This document shows positions 8,574 to 17,442 of a stretch of DNA of 64,000 nt, in pieces; the stretch's first letter is position 1, and every line of letters starts with the position of its first letter. Below the pieces are notes generated by a model. The model worked only from the letters and a program-made list of their open reading frames with translations. It was not told the DNA's origin and made no database searches. The stretch is from Candidatus Harrisonbacteria bacterium (GTDB taxonomy: Bacteria > Patescibacteriota > Minisyncoccia > UBA6257 > 1-14-0-10-40-38): the NCBI GenBank assembly GCA_023245035.1, contig JAHFLD010000001.1:196002-260001 (forward strand), read 5' to 3'. The translations under genes were made by a program, and so were the position numbers.

Positions 8574-10176
8574 TTTAGGAAATTTAGATCTGTTATCTGT
8601 AGGCGTCGCCATAGCGGCGAGTGCGATTCTTGGTTTCATTGTTTTTCTCTCAAATAAAAAAAGCGTAACGAATAGAACATTGTTTTTTTTCACGATAGAA
8701 TCAATTTTCTGGAATATTTTTAACTATCTAATATTCCAATTCAGTACTCCAGAAAAAGCTTTAATAATTCTTCGGTTTCACGTTTTCTTTGTAGTTTGGT
8801 ATTGCTTCTTACTTTTTCAGCTCTTTTACGTATTCCCAGAAGAGAAAAAAGCCTTCCCCAAGTGGTATAATTTCTTCCTTCTTCCGGTGGTGACGCTAGT
8901 TTCCATCCTAACCCTAACACCATTCACATTTGCCAAGGTTTTAGAATTTTCCAATGGACACATTCAAAAAGTTCTGAATGGATGGGGTATCTTCATATTT
9001 GGGGCAACGGTAGTTTCTTTGATTGTTGCTGGCCTATTAATTCTTTTAAGAAAGACAATGAGCGCAAATGCCACAGAAAAAAATCAATTCAGACTTATAT
9101 TAATTGGAACATCAATCACATTCTCGTTACACATAGCTTTTAATTTGATCTTTCCGGCATTTCTAGATAATCCAAATTTGATTATCTATGGAGCGATTTT
9201 CACTTTTCCATTCATCATCTTTACAGCTTATGCCATCCTAAAACTCCGCTTGTTGGGAGTAAAGGTGATTGCGACTGAAATATTAACCTTTTTCATTACA
9301 GTTGTTTCGCTGGCGCAGCTTATTTTAGCGACAACGTTAACAGAAAGAATTTTCCGTTTTGGAATCTTTTTACTAGTTCTTGGTTTTGGAATTTTACTTA
9401 TCCGCAGCGTCCGCAAGGAAGTCGAACAAAGGGAGAGATTAGAGATACTAACCAAAGATTTAGAAGCGGCCAATGCCAAGTTAAAAGAACTCGATGCCCA
9501 GCGCGCCGAGTGGTTGGGGTTCGCCTCGCATCAGGTTAAGTCGCCAATGGCTGTGGTCAAAGGCTACGCCCAGCTCATAATGGACGGCACCTACAATCCC
9601 GTCTCCGAAAAAGCCAAAGAAACCGCCGGCAAGATCAAAGAAAAAGTTGACGACTTGATAACCCTCGTCAGCAACTATATAAACGTAAGCAAAATTGATG
9701 AAGGCAAACTGGAAACGCCCAAGCTAAATCCGATAGACATCGTCAAACTTCTGCGCGATCTGGTGGAGGGCGAAAAAATCGTTGCCAAAAAACGCAACCT
9801 CGTCCTAACTTTCGAAAGCCTTGGCCCTTCGCTCATCATCAAAGCCGACGAAGAAAAAATTCGGCAAGTGGCGCAAAATCTCATCGACAACGCCCTCAAA
9901 TATACCGAAAAAGGTTTTGTTAACGTTAAACTGGAAGACAAAGGCCCATCGGTGCTGATTTCCATAACCGACTCCGGCCGTGGCATGTCGCCAACTCTTA
10001 TTGGCCGCCTGTTCAACCGCTACATTCGCGACGAAAAAACGAGCAAAGAAGTGCAAGGCACCGGTCTTGGTCTTTTTATCGCTAAACAAATTGTGCTCGC
10101 CCACAATGGAGAAATTTGGGCTGAGTCCGACGGCGAAGGCAAGGGTAGTAGGTTTTATTTCCGCCTACCAAAATAG
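8566..10176 (+). CDS. Sensor histidine kinase with N-terminal multi-TM (HisKA_7TM-like) domain
   Basis: About 9 hydrophobic segments. H-box ASHQVKSP, N-box NLIDNALKYT, G1 DSGRG and G2 GTGLGL. Confidence 0.92.
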   Translation: MSSLGNLDLLSVGVAIAASAILGFIVFLSNKKSVTNRTLFFFTIESIFWNIFNYLIFQFSTPEKALIILRFHVFFVVWYCFLLFQLFYVFPEEKKAFPKWYNFFLLPVVTLVSILTLTPFTFAKVLEFSNGHIQKVLNGWGIFIFGATVVSLIVAGLLILLRKTMSANATEKNQFRLILIGTSITFSLHIAFNLIFPAFLDNPNLIIYGAIFTFPFIIFTAYAILKLRLLGVKVIATEILTFFITVVSLAQLILATTLTERIFRFGIFLLVLGFGILLIRSVRKEVEQRERLEILTKDLEAANAKLKELDAQRAEWLGFASHQVKSPMAVVKGYAQLIMDGTYNPVSEKAKETAGKIKEKVDDLITLVSNYINVSKIDEGKLETPKLNPIDIVKLLRDLVEGEKIVAKKRNLVLTFESLGPSLIIKADEEKIRQVAQNLIDNALKYTEKGFVNVKLEDKGPSVLISITDSGRGMSPTLIGRLFNRYIRDEKTSKEVQGTGLGLFIAKQIVLAHNGEIWAESDGEGKGSRFYFRLPK

Positions 10177-10181
10177 TAAAT

Positions 10182-11375
10182 ATGGATTTAGAAAACATAG
10201 ACCAAAGTCGAAAGAAAACAACCATAGCTATTCTAATTTCTATTATTTTAATAGAATCTTTTTTAATTTATCTATATTTAAATGCTATTTCTCCCAAGTT
10301 AAAACCAATTTTACGACAAGAATCATCAGACATAATTTCACCTCAAGCAGAGATATTAAAAAATCATTCTAATCAAAAACTCGAACCATTTGTAAATTTC
10401 TTTCAAAGTGAATTATTTAAATTCTCTTTTCGATATCCAGCATCTGGTAGGATATTTAGTTTGGAAGAATTTGCTGGCGCTGAGGGATCTTCAGCGCTTG
10501 GAGTGAGTATAGGTGACAACGCGTTAACGGTCTTTATTGCGCGGATAGATAGCGATCTAGAGCAATACGCAAATGCAATTGCCTCTGCAAATAAAAAAAT
10601 AGACATGTTAGTGAAAACAAAAGTTGGAGAAGCTAACGCCTATACTTTTACAATAACAGGATCTGTTTTTACAACCTGCATCAATGGAGGGCCCAATGGC
10701 CATGAAGTCTGTGGTAGTTATGGTGGTCTTAATTCAGATCCAGGAGAGAAGAAAATAGCTGTTATAGACGGTGGTATTATAAAATTAATTTTTATATATC
10801 CAAAAAATATATCACCATTCGAGGAAGTGTTTAAAACAGTAAGCGTCGCCAACTTTGAAGTTTTTTCGTTCGAAAATATAGTTTGGAAAAATTTTGATGA
10901 GAATGAATTCGGAATTAGATTTGAGTATCCAGATGTTTACAACCTCACCCTAATATCTAATCCAAAATATCCAAATAATGTTTCAAAAGAATTTTCTTTA
11001 ATCGATAGTAAATCTAAAAACTTCCTTCCGCTACCATGGGTAGTAATTGATATTTTACCGATAGCGGGATATTCCGTTGGTGGAAGTGTATTTGGTGTTT
11101 CTTGGACGTACAATAGCAATACTCAAACTTGGGATAAACATGAAACTACTTCAAGAGCTGGAGAATATCTTTTCCCAAAGGAAATAATTTCCGCTCAAGG
11201 ATATAAAGGGTATTATTTTAACATCTCATATGAGGGTGGGGCGCATAATATAATCATATTGCCGTTCAAGGATAAGCTCATACAATTAGACTTCAAGATC
11301 CCGCCAGCTTTATTTGATCAAAGCCTCGTAGAGAAATTAGAAAGTAGTGTTTTTGATCATGTACTTCTAAAATAA
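10182..11375 (+). CDS. Membrane-anchored hypothetical protein with PsbP-like repeats
   Basis: N-terminal TM helix. FSFRYP and WKNF...FGIRFEYP motifs typical of CPR surface proteins. Confidence 0.6.
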   Translation: MDLENIDQSRKKTTIAILISIILIESFLIYLYLNAISPKLKPILRQESSDIISPQAEILKNHSNQKLEPFVNFFQSELFKFSFRYPASGRIFSLEEFAGAEGSSALGVSIGDNALTVFIARIDSDLEQYANAIASANKKIDMLVKTKVGEANAYTFTITGSVFTTCINGGPNGHEVCGSYGGLNSDPGEKKIAVIDGGIIKLIFIYPKNISPFEEVFKTVSVANFEVFSFENIVWKNFDENEFGIRFEYPDVYNLTLISNPKYPNNVSKEFSLIDSKSKNFLPLPWVVIDILPIAGYSVGGSVFGVSWTYNSNTQTWDKHETTSRAGEYLFPKEIISAQGYKGYYFNISYEGGAHNIIILPFKDKLIQLDFKIPPALFDQSLVEKLESSVFDHVLLK

Positions 11376-11423
11376 CATTAGTGTAGTCAAATCCTAGCTC
11401 AAGATTTGCTATACTAAACCCAT

Positions 11424-11987
11424 ATGAAAAAAACACTTATTTTAGTGGCGGTGGTTGTGGTGGCTTTTCTCGGTTATGCGGTAATTCAAAAATCAAGAAA
11501 TACCGCCCAATCAACCGAGATTATTAGCGATAAAACTGAATGGAAAACTCACATCCACAGCGCTGGAGATTATTCATTTGAGTATCCAACAGGATGGTTC
11601 ATTAACGACTCGCCTAAAAATGGGGATGCATACGTTCGAGTTAGTAATTACGACCCCGAGATTTTTGTGAATGACATACACGCGAAAGGAAGTTATTTTA
11701 AAATAGAAATATACACTTTGGAAAATAAAAAACAGCTTAGTATTAACGACTGGATTGCGGAAGCTAGATCACGAACAGGCGATAGCTCAAAAATAACAAA
11801 ACAGGAAGAAATTATAATAAACGGAAAAACAGCAACTGCGATTACCCAAGAAAGCCCAGAAGGTGTGTATAAATCGCTGTATCTAAGCAATGAAGACAAA
11901 ATAGTAACGATTTTATTGTTTGGTGCGATTGAAGAATTTCACAAAACAAGCGATGCGATCATACATAGCTTTGCATTTAGTAATTAA
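11424..11987 (+). CDS. PsbP-like secreted/anchored protein
   Basis: Signal anchor, WKTH...YSFEYPTGW and IIINGKTA. Confidence 0.65.
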   Translation: MKKTLILVAVVVVAFLGYAVIQKSRNTAQSTEIISDKTEWKTHIHSAGDYSFEYPTGWFINDSPKNGDAYVRVSNYDPEIFVNDIHAKGSYFKIEIYTLENKKQLSINDWIAEARSRTGDSSKITKQEEIIINGKTATAITQESPEGVYKSLYLSNEDKIVTILLFGAIEEFHKTSDAIIHSFAFSN

Positions 11988-14900
11988 GCAAAACAGAAAA
12001 GCGAGATTTTTTTTAGCGAATCTCTTTGTTTTGCTTGCATGGTTGCTGGTTTTACCCGCAAGTGTTTTTGCCAGTCAATTGACTTCTCCACTGACCAATT
12101 ATCAGGTTGTAAGCTGGTTTGATCATGATTATCCAGGAAGCTTACAAAACAATAATTTCACACGATATGATGGCCAACTATGGACTGATGGATCGGCGAA
12201 TCTATCAAACGCCACAGCGACTAGTTGTACTAACGGAATTAATTGTTATGACAGACATAATGGGATAGATCTGTTTGCCGTTACTGGAACTCCCGTATTC
12301 GCAGCCGAGAATGGTGTAGTTCAGCTCAACACCACCATGGGTTGTAATGGTAAATATGTTACAGTTCTAGACTCAGAAGGAAATACCGCTTTTTACACGC
12401 ATCTTGATTATGCAACCATAGGATCTGCCGGGACACCAGTTTTAAGATTTCAGCAAATAGGAGTAAGCGGAAGCACTGGTTGCACTACTGGTCCTCATCT
12501 TCATTTTGGGATCCATAACTCCGGTGACCTTGTCATTGACCCCTACGGCTGGTCTCCATCGCCAAACGCGCCAGTTCAGATAGACCCCTGGGTTCACAAC
12601 CAAGGCTATCTTTGGACTACTAATCCGCCATCGCTGAACGTGAACCCCGCCACCTACGTCTCCGGAGTTATCTCGCAAAACACCATATGGACTGCCCAAG
12701 GCAGTCCATATGTCATTCAAAATAACCTCACTGTTTCCGCCAGCACCACACTCACCATTAATCCCGGAGTAGTGGTGAAGTTTGACTCCTCCGCCAGCCT
12801 CTATATATACGGAACTCTCCTCGCCCAAGGCGGAACTTCCAGCACCACCCGAGTCTACTTCACCTCCATCAAAGATGACTCAATCGGCGGCGACACCAAC
12901 AACGACGGCGCCACCACTACTCCAGCCGTCGGAGATTACATGGGTATCTATTTCTATCCGAGTTCAATAGGAAATCTAACCCGCAACACCCTCCGCTATG
13001 GTGGAAACGATTTCTACCCATATCACTTTGGTGTGATCAAAAACCTTGGCGGCTCGGTAACACTTGCAAATAGTGAAATTAATTCTAACTATGGCAATGG
13101 CCTCAAACAAATTTCTGGAAACATATCACTAACCAGCAACTCAATTCACAACAACGGCGGCAGTGGATTTGAGCAAACTGGCGGCATGTCTACCACGACC
13201 AATTCAACATTTTCCGGAAACCAGACTTACGGGATCTTTCTCCAAAACGGAACCTCTACCATTACAAGTAATATTTTCAGCGATCACGGCAATGCGGATA
13301 TAAATATCAACGCACAATCGTATTTTAATCAATCCGGAAACGTTAGCTCCGGAATTGGTAAACATGGCATAGAAATATATGGAAGTTTAACGCACGACCA
13401 AGTTTGGAATCCTGGCATTCCGTTTATTCCGCAAAATATGGCCGTTAATTCAGGAAAAAGCTTAACAATTCTCCCTGGATCGGTCATAAAATTCGATGGA
13501 ATCAACGGTAATGGCGCCAACAATGGGGGGTTTATTACAGTTTATGGGCACCTCATCGCTCGTGAAAATCAACTCCAACCAAACTCACCGCAAATCTACT
13601 TCACCTCCTATGTTGACGATACCATCGGCGGCGACACTAATGGCAACGGTACGACAACGGTGCCATATTCAGGAATCTATCAAGGAATTTACTTCTATCC
13701 CGGTTCCACTGGTCTTTTTCAAAAAACTGCTTTGCGTTACGGAGGAGCCAGTTACTATCCATACTATGCTGGTGTGATTAAAAATTTCGGTGGCGAGATA
13801 AATATACAAAATAGCAACCTCTCATTAAACTCTCCAAGCGGTATCTATCAAGCATCCGGCACCACAACTATCAGCGGAACTTTAATAACAGACAACGTGA
13901 ACGACGGATTTTCTCAAAATGCGGGCGTTTCCACGGTCACTAACTCAATTTTCAGCAACAATCAATTTTTTGGTCTGAATCTTACTGGTGGCACTAGTAC
14001 TATAAATCAAACCATGTTTTCCAATCACTTGGGCGGGGACATTCAAATGTGGAATAATGGGGTCTTAATTCAATCCAATTTGCAAACCTCCGGAACCGGC
14101 AAACATGGTATTCGGGTTGCTGGCGGAATGACTAACAACCAAACCTGGACACCTGGACTACCTTATGTAATGAGTAGTTTTAATATTTTTGCCAATGCTA
14201 ATTTATCAGTCGCGCCAGCGACTGTTATAAAATTTGAGCCAGGTGGATCACTCTATGTTTTTGGCACTCTACAAATTTCAACTACTAGTCCCAATGCGGC
14301 CCGGGTCTATTTAACTTCGGTTCGCGACGATACTCTCGGCGGTGATTCCGATGGAGATGGCCGAGTCATTCTGCCAGCTCCCGGTGATTACACGGGAATT
14401 TATGCCCAACCGGGATCTTTAGTGAATCTTTTTAAAGTTGAAATGCGTTATGGGGGAAGTGATTATTACCCATATCGCTTTGGTGCAATTAAAAACTTCG
14501 GTGGACTGGTAGCTGCGCGATATACTAATTTTCTCAATAACTATTATCAGGCTTTGTACCAAATGAGCGGCACCTCAACCATCGTCTCGTCTTTAATCGC
14601 AAGCAGTACCCAAAACGGTATTAACCAATTAGGCGGCGGTCTTACCGTGGCCAACACCATTTTTTCCGGAAATTCCGGTTATGGCTTAAATCTTTCAGAC
14701 GGATTTGCGACCGTAACCAGTTCCTCATTTAATAACAATCAAAACGGCGATGCCTTCATTAATGGATTAGCTAACTTTACCCACGCTAATAATACTTTTC
14801 TTGGCGGCAAACACGGTTGGTATATGGGTGGCTATACAGATCATGACTGGACGTGGTCGCCGGAACAAGCCTATATTATTAATCCGGGTTTTCTTGTAGC

Positions 14901-15483
14901 TAGTGGCACTAGCTTAACAGTGCAACCAAATACCATCATCAAAGGCATTGCCTATGGAGAAATCGCAGTCGCGGGCACGGTCAACATGAATGGCATCGCT
15001 TCTACGAGTCGCATCTTCATCACCTCGCTAAAAGACGATTCCATCGGTGGCGATACAAACGCGGATAGCAACGCAACCACTCCGCAAAGCGCCGACTATA
15101 ATGGACTAACAATTCTGCCTGGCGGGAGCGCGAACCTAAATCAGGTTTTAGTAAAATATGGCGGTGGAGGTTATTACCCCAATTATTGGGGTGCGATTAA
15201 AAATCTTGGCGGCAACCTCTTTTTGGCCAACGACATTCTCCAGCAAAACCAAGTTGGCATATATACAACAGACGGCACAACTTCGATAAGTCAAAGCTCC
15301 ATTTACAGCAACACTGTCTATGGCATTTTGAATCAAAACTCAAATGCAACGGTAACCGCACAAAGCAACTGGTGGGGCGATGCCTCTGGCCCGCATAACT
15401 GGCTTACCAATACCGGTGGCTCCGGCAACGAAGTTCTCGGCAACGTCCTTTTTACCCCCTGGCTTGTAAGCGACCCGAATTAG
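11920..15483 (+). CDS. Secreted M23 peptidase fused to repeated right-handed beta-helix modules (start uncertain, probably about 11953)
   Basis: Signal peptide ending SVFA. M23 motifs HNGID and GPHLHFG. Four copies of a TS..DD.[IL]GGD motif. Confidence 0.8.
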   Translation: MVRLKNFTKQAMRSYIALHLVIKQNRKARFFLANLFVLLAWLLVLPASVFASQLTSPLTNYQVVSWFDHDYPGSLQNNNFTRYDGQLWTDGSANLSNATATSCTNGINCYDRHNGIDLFAVTGTPVFAAENGVVQLNTTMGCNGKYVTVLDSEGNTAFYTHLDYATIGSAGTPVLRFQQIGVSGSTGCTTGPHLHFGIHNSGDLVIDPYGWSPSPNAPVQIDPWVHNQGYLWTTNPPSLNVNPATYVSGVISQNTIWTAQGSPYVIQNNLTVSASTTLTINPGVVVKFDSSASLYIYGTLLAQGGTSSTTRVYFTSIKDDSIGGDTNNDGATTTPAVGDYMGIYFYPSSIGNLTRNTLRYGGNDFYPYHFGVIKNLGGSVTLANSEINSNYGNGLKQISGNISLTSNSIHNNGGSGFEQTGGMSTTTNSTFSGNQTYGIFLQNGTSTITSNIFSDHGNADININAQSYFNQSGNVSSGIGKHGIEIYGSLTHDQVWNPGIPFIPQNMAVNSGKSLTILPGSVIKFDGINGNGANNGGFITVYGHLIARENQLQPNSPQIYFTSYVDDTIGGDTNGNGTTTVPYSGIYQGIYFYPGSTGLFQKTALRYGGASYYPYYAGVIKNFGGEINIQNSNLSLNSPSGIYQASGTTTISGTLITDNVNDGFSQNAGVSTVTNSIFSNNQFFGLNLTGGTSTINQTMFSNHLGGDIQMWNNGVLIQSNLQTSGTGKHGIRVAGGMTNNQTWTPGLPYVMSSFNIFANANLSVAPATVIKFEPGGSLYVFGTLQISTTSPNAARVYLTSVRDDTLGGDSDGDGRVILPAPGDYTGIYAQPGSLVNLFKVEMRYGGSDYYPYRFGAIKNFGGLVAARYTNFLNNYYQALYQMSGTSTIVSSLIASSTQNGINQLGGGLTVANTIFSGNSGYGLNLSDGFATVTSSSFNNNQNGDAFINGLANFTHANNTFLGGKHGWYMGGYTDHDWTWSPEQAYIINPGFLVASGTSLTVQPNTIIKGIAYGEIAVAGTVNMNGIASTSRIFITSLKDDSIGGDTNADSNATTPQSADYNGLTILPGGSANLNQVLVKYGGGGYYPNYWGAIKNLGGNLFLANDILQQNQVGIYTTDGTTSISQSSIYSNTVYGILNQNSNATVTAQSNWWGDASGPHNWLTNTGGSGNEVLGNVLFTPWLVSDPN

Positions 15484-15592
15484 GCGAAAAATTGACAAAC
15501 TCCGGCAAAAAAACTAATCTACAAGCGTCCGTGTGATTGACTTTTCGTCACTTCTGATTGATCCTTGAAATAAACCAGGAGCAATAAATAGT

Positions 15593-16933
15593 ATGACCAT
15601 CAAACCAGAACTTGGAGCGGGTTTCAAAGATTATCTGCCCCAGGACGCCATTCCGCGCCAGCAAATGTTCGCCACTATCCAAAGAGTTTTTGAACTCTTT
15701 GGATACCAACCGCTTACGACGCCGGGCATTGAACGTGAAGAGATCTTGACCGGAGGCGACCCGAATTTTGACAAGCAGATCTTCCGCATCGCCGGTCAGT
15801 CCGGCGACAAGGATCTGGCTCTTCGTTTTGATTTGACCATACCTCTCGCTCGCGTCATCGCGGCCTACCCGCAAGAAATCAAGATGCCCTTCAAACGGTA
15901 TCAAGTTGGTTCGGTTTGGCGGGCCGAAAAACCGCAAGCCGGACGCTTCCGCGAATTTACTCAGTTTGACGCCGATGTCGTTGGCGCACCCGGAATGATG
16001 GCGGACGCCGAAATCGTGGCCATTATGTATGCCGTCATGACCGAACTCGGTTTCGGTGATCGCTTCAAGATTCGCGTCAACAACCGCAAAATCTTGAACG
16101 GTCTCGCCGCCTACGTTGGCTTCGCTTCGGAATTGAGCCCGATGGTCCTGCGCGTCATTGATAAAATGGACAAGATTGGTTGGGAGGGCGTAGCTCGAGA
16201 GCTCTCTACAGCAACCGAAGAGTTCGCGGGATTTTCCCCGTCACAGATGACTGCCATTAAGAGCTTTTTGGAAATTAGAGCGGACGGCAACTCCGGCATT
16301 CTGGAAGCGGTCGCCACGCTGATGGCAAACTCCAAAGAAGCCATGCAGGGCGTGGCCGAACTTCGGGAAATTCTGGACAGCCTCAAGGCTTTGAAAGTTC
16401 CCGACTCCGCCTGGGTGATTGACTTGTCGGTCGCTCGCGGTCTTGGCTACTACACCGGTCCCGTGTTCGAAACCATCCTGACCGACATTCCCGAACTTGG
16501 CAGTGTTTTCTCCGGCGGTCGCTACGATGACTTGGTAATGCGCTTCAGCTCCAACAAGGTTCCGGCCACCGGAGCCTCGGTCGGTGTTGATCGTATCTTC
16601 GCGGCCATGGAAAAACTGGGGTTGGTAAGGCAGCAAAAGAGTGTCGCCAAAGTGGTGGTTTTGAATTTCGACCCGACCTGCTCGGCAACGGTGCAGGGGA
16701 TTGTGTCGAACTTGCGCGCCGCAGGTTTGCCAAGCAATCTCTATCTTGGGCAAGAAAAGACGCTCAAAGGCCAACTCGCCTACGCCGTGAGTCAGGATGT
16801 TCCGGTCGTGGTGATTGTTGGCGCTACCGAAAATAGCTCCGGCGTGGCGCAGGTAAAAGATCTGAAGACCAGACAGCAAGTCGAAGTTCCGCAAAGCGAA
16901 ATTGTCGCCGCGGTTCAAAAGATATTGACCTAA
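15593..16933 (+). CDS. hisS: Histidyl-tRNA synthetase (alphaproteobacterial/eukaryote-like subtype)
   Basis: GFKDY, LRFDLTIPLAR, motif 2 WRAEKPQAGRFREFTQFDAD, ARGLGYYTG, GGRYD and a C-terminal anticodon-binding domain. Confidence 0.93.
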   Translation: MTIKPELGAGFKDYLPQDAIPRQQMFATIQRVFELFGYQPLTTPGIEREEILTGGDPNFDKQIFRIAGQSGDKDLALRFDLTIPLARVIAAYPQEIKMPFKRYQVGSVWRAEKPQAGRFREFTQFDADVVGAPGMMADAEIVAIMYAVMTELGFGDRFKIRVNNRKILNGLAAYVGFASELSPMVLRVIDKMDKIGWEGVARELSTATEEFAGFSPSQMTAIKSFLEIRADGNSGILEAVATLMANSKEAMQGVAELREILDSLKALKVPDSAWVIDLSVARGLGYYTGPVFETILTDIPELGSVFSGGRYDDLVMRFSSNKVPATGASVGVDRIFAAMEKLGLVRQQKSVAKVVVLNFDPTCSATVQGIVSNLRAAGLPSNLYLGQEKTLKGQLAYAVSQDVPVVVIVGATENSSGVAQVKDLKTRQQVEVPQSEIVAAVQKILT

Positions 16934-16953
16934 GGGATCGCTTCCGTTAGAAT
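16925..16953 (+). promoter_or_regulatory. Promoter for tRNA-His
   Basis: TTGACC, 17 bp spacer, TAGAAT, overlapping the end of hisS. Confidence 0.65.
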
Positions 16954-16963
16954 GGCTTCCGCC

Positions 16964-17036
16964 GGGTGTATAGCTCAATTGGTAGAGCGTCGGGTTGTGG
17001 TCCCGAAGGTTACGGGTTCAAAGCCCGTTACACCCC
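16964..17036 (+). tRNA. tRNA-His(GUG); G-1 and CCA not encoded
   Basis: Cloverleaf with acceptor GGGTGTA/TACACCC, D arm GCTC/GAGC, anticodon stem TCGGG/CCCGA with GTG at 16997-16999, T arm ACGGG-TTCAAAG-CCCGT and C73. Confidence 0.95.
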
Positions 17037-17081
17037 TCCCCCTCAACTGAAAAGTTGTGGGGGCTTTTTTTATTGATTACG

Positions 17082-17134
17082 AACCCGCCTTCGCTAAACT
17101 TGCCTGCCGGCAGGCAGGGCTACGGACGGGCAAG
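17082..17134. repeat. Nested short palindromic repeats (CCGCCTTCGCTAAA...CTACGG-type interrupted by CCTGCCGGCAGG)
   Basis: Visible palindromes resembling REP-like elements common in CPR intergenic DNA. Confidence 0.55.
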
Positions 17135-17346
17135 TTTACGACTAAAACAATGTACTCATTGTTCGTCCGGCCAAATGAGTACATTTGGCTTAGGAATTTT
17201 TTACGAATATACGAATTAAGAATCGCCTCACTCCTTGACTCCTTCGCGAAGACCTTTCTCCAGCAGGAATAAATGCAACTCAATGGCCTTGGCATATCGC
17301 AGTTGCATTTTATGCAAACTCCCTATACTATAGTGGCAAGTTTTAT

Positions 17347-17433
17347 ATGGAGAGCGCACCATTAATTCAAAGCCATTCGGTCGCGCCAGACCGGTCGCAT
17401 CGCCCGGGGCAGTAATTACTGCCCTCTTTTTTT
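17347..17433 (+). promoter_or_regulatory. Candidate attenuator leader of hutH (22-aa uORF plus terminator hairpin)
   Basis: uORF MESAPLIQSHSVAPDRSHRPGQ ends inside the palindrome GGGCAGTAATTACTGCCC, which is followed by TCTTTTTTT just before the hutH ATG. Confidence 0.45.
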
Positions 17434-17442
17434 AGATAAAAT

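Noticed and set aside
17301-17320. ArgR (ARG) box
   Set aside because: TGCAT-N3-ATGCA spacing is one base short of the ARG box. Kept only as a generic palindrome.
17360-17430. Known riboswitch (ZTP or guanidine-I) in the hutH leader
   Set aside because: Only a CGCCCGGG-like fragment matches. The conserved 5' cores are absent.
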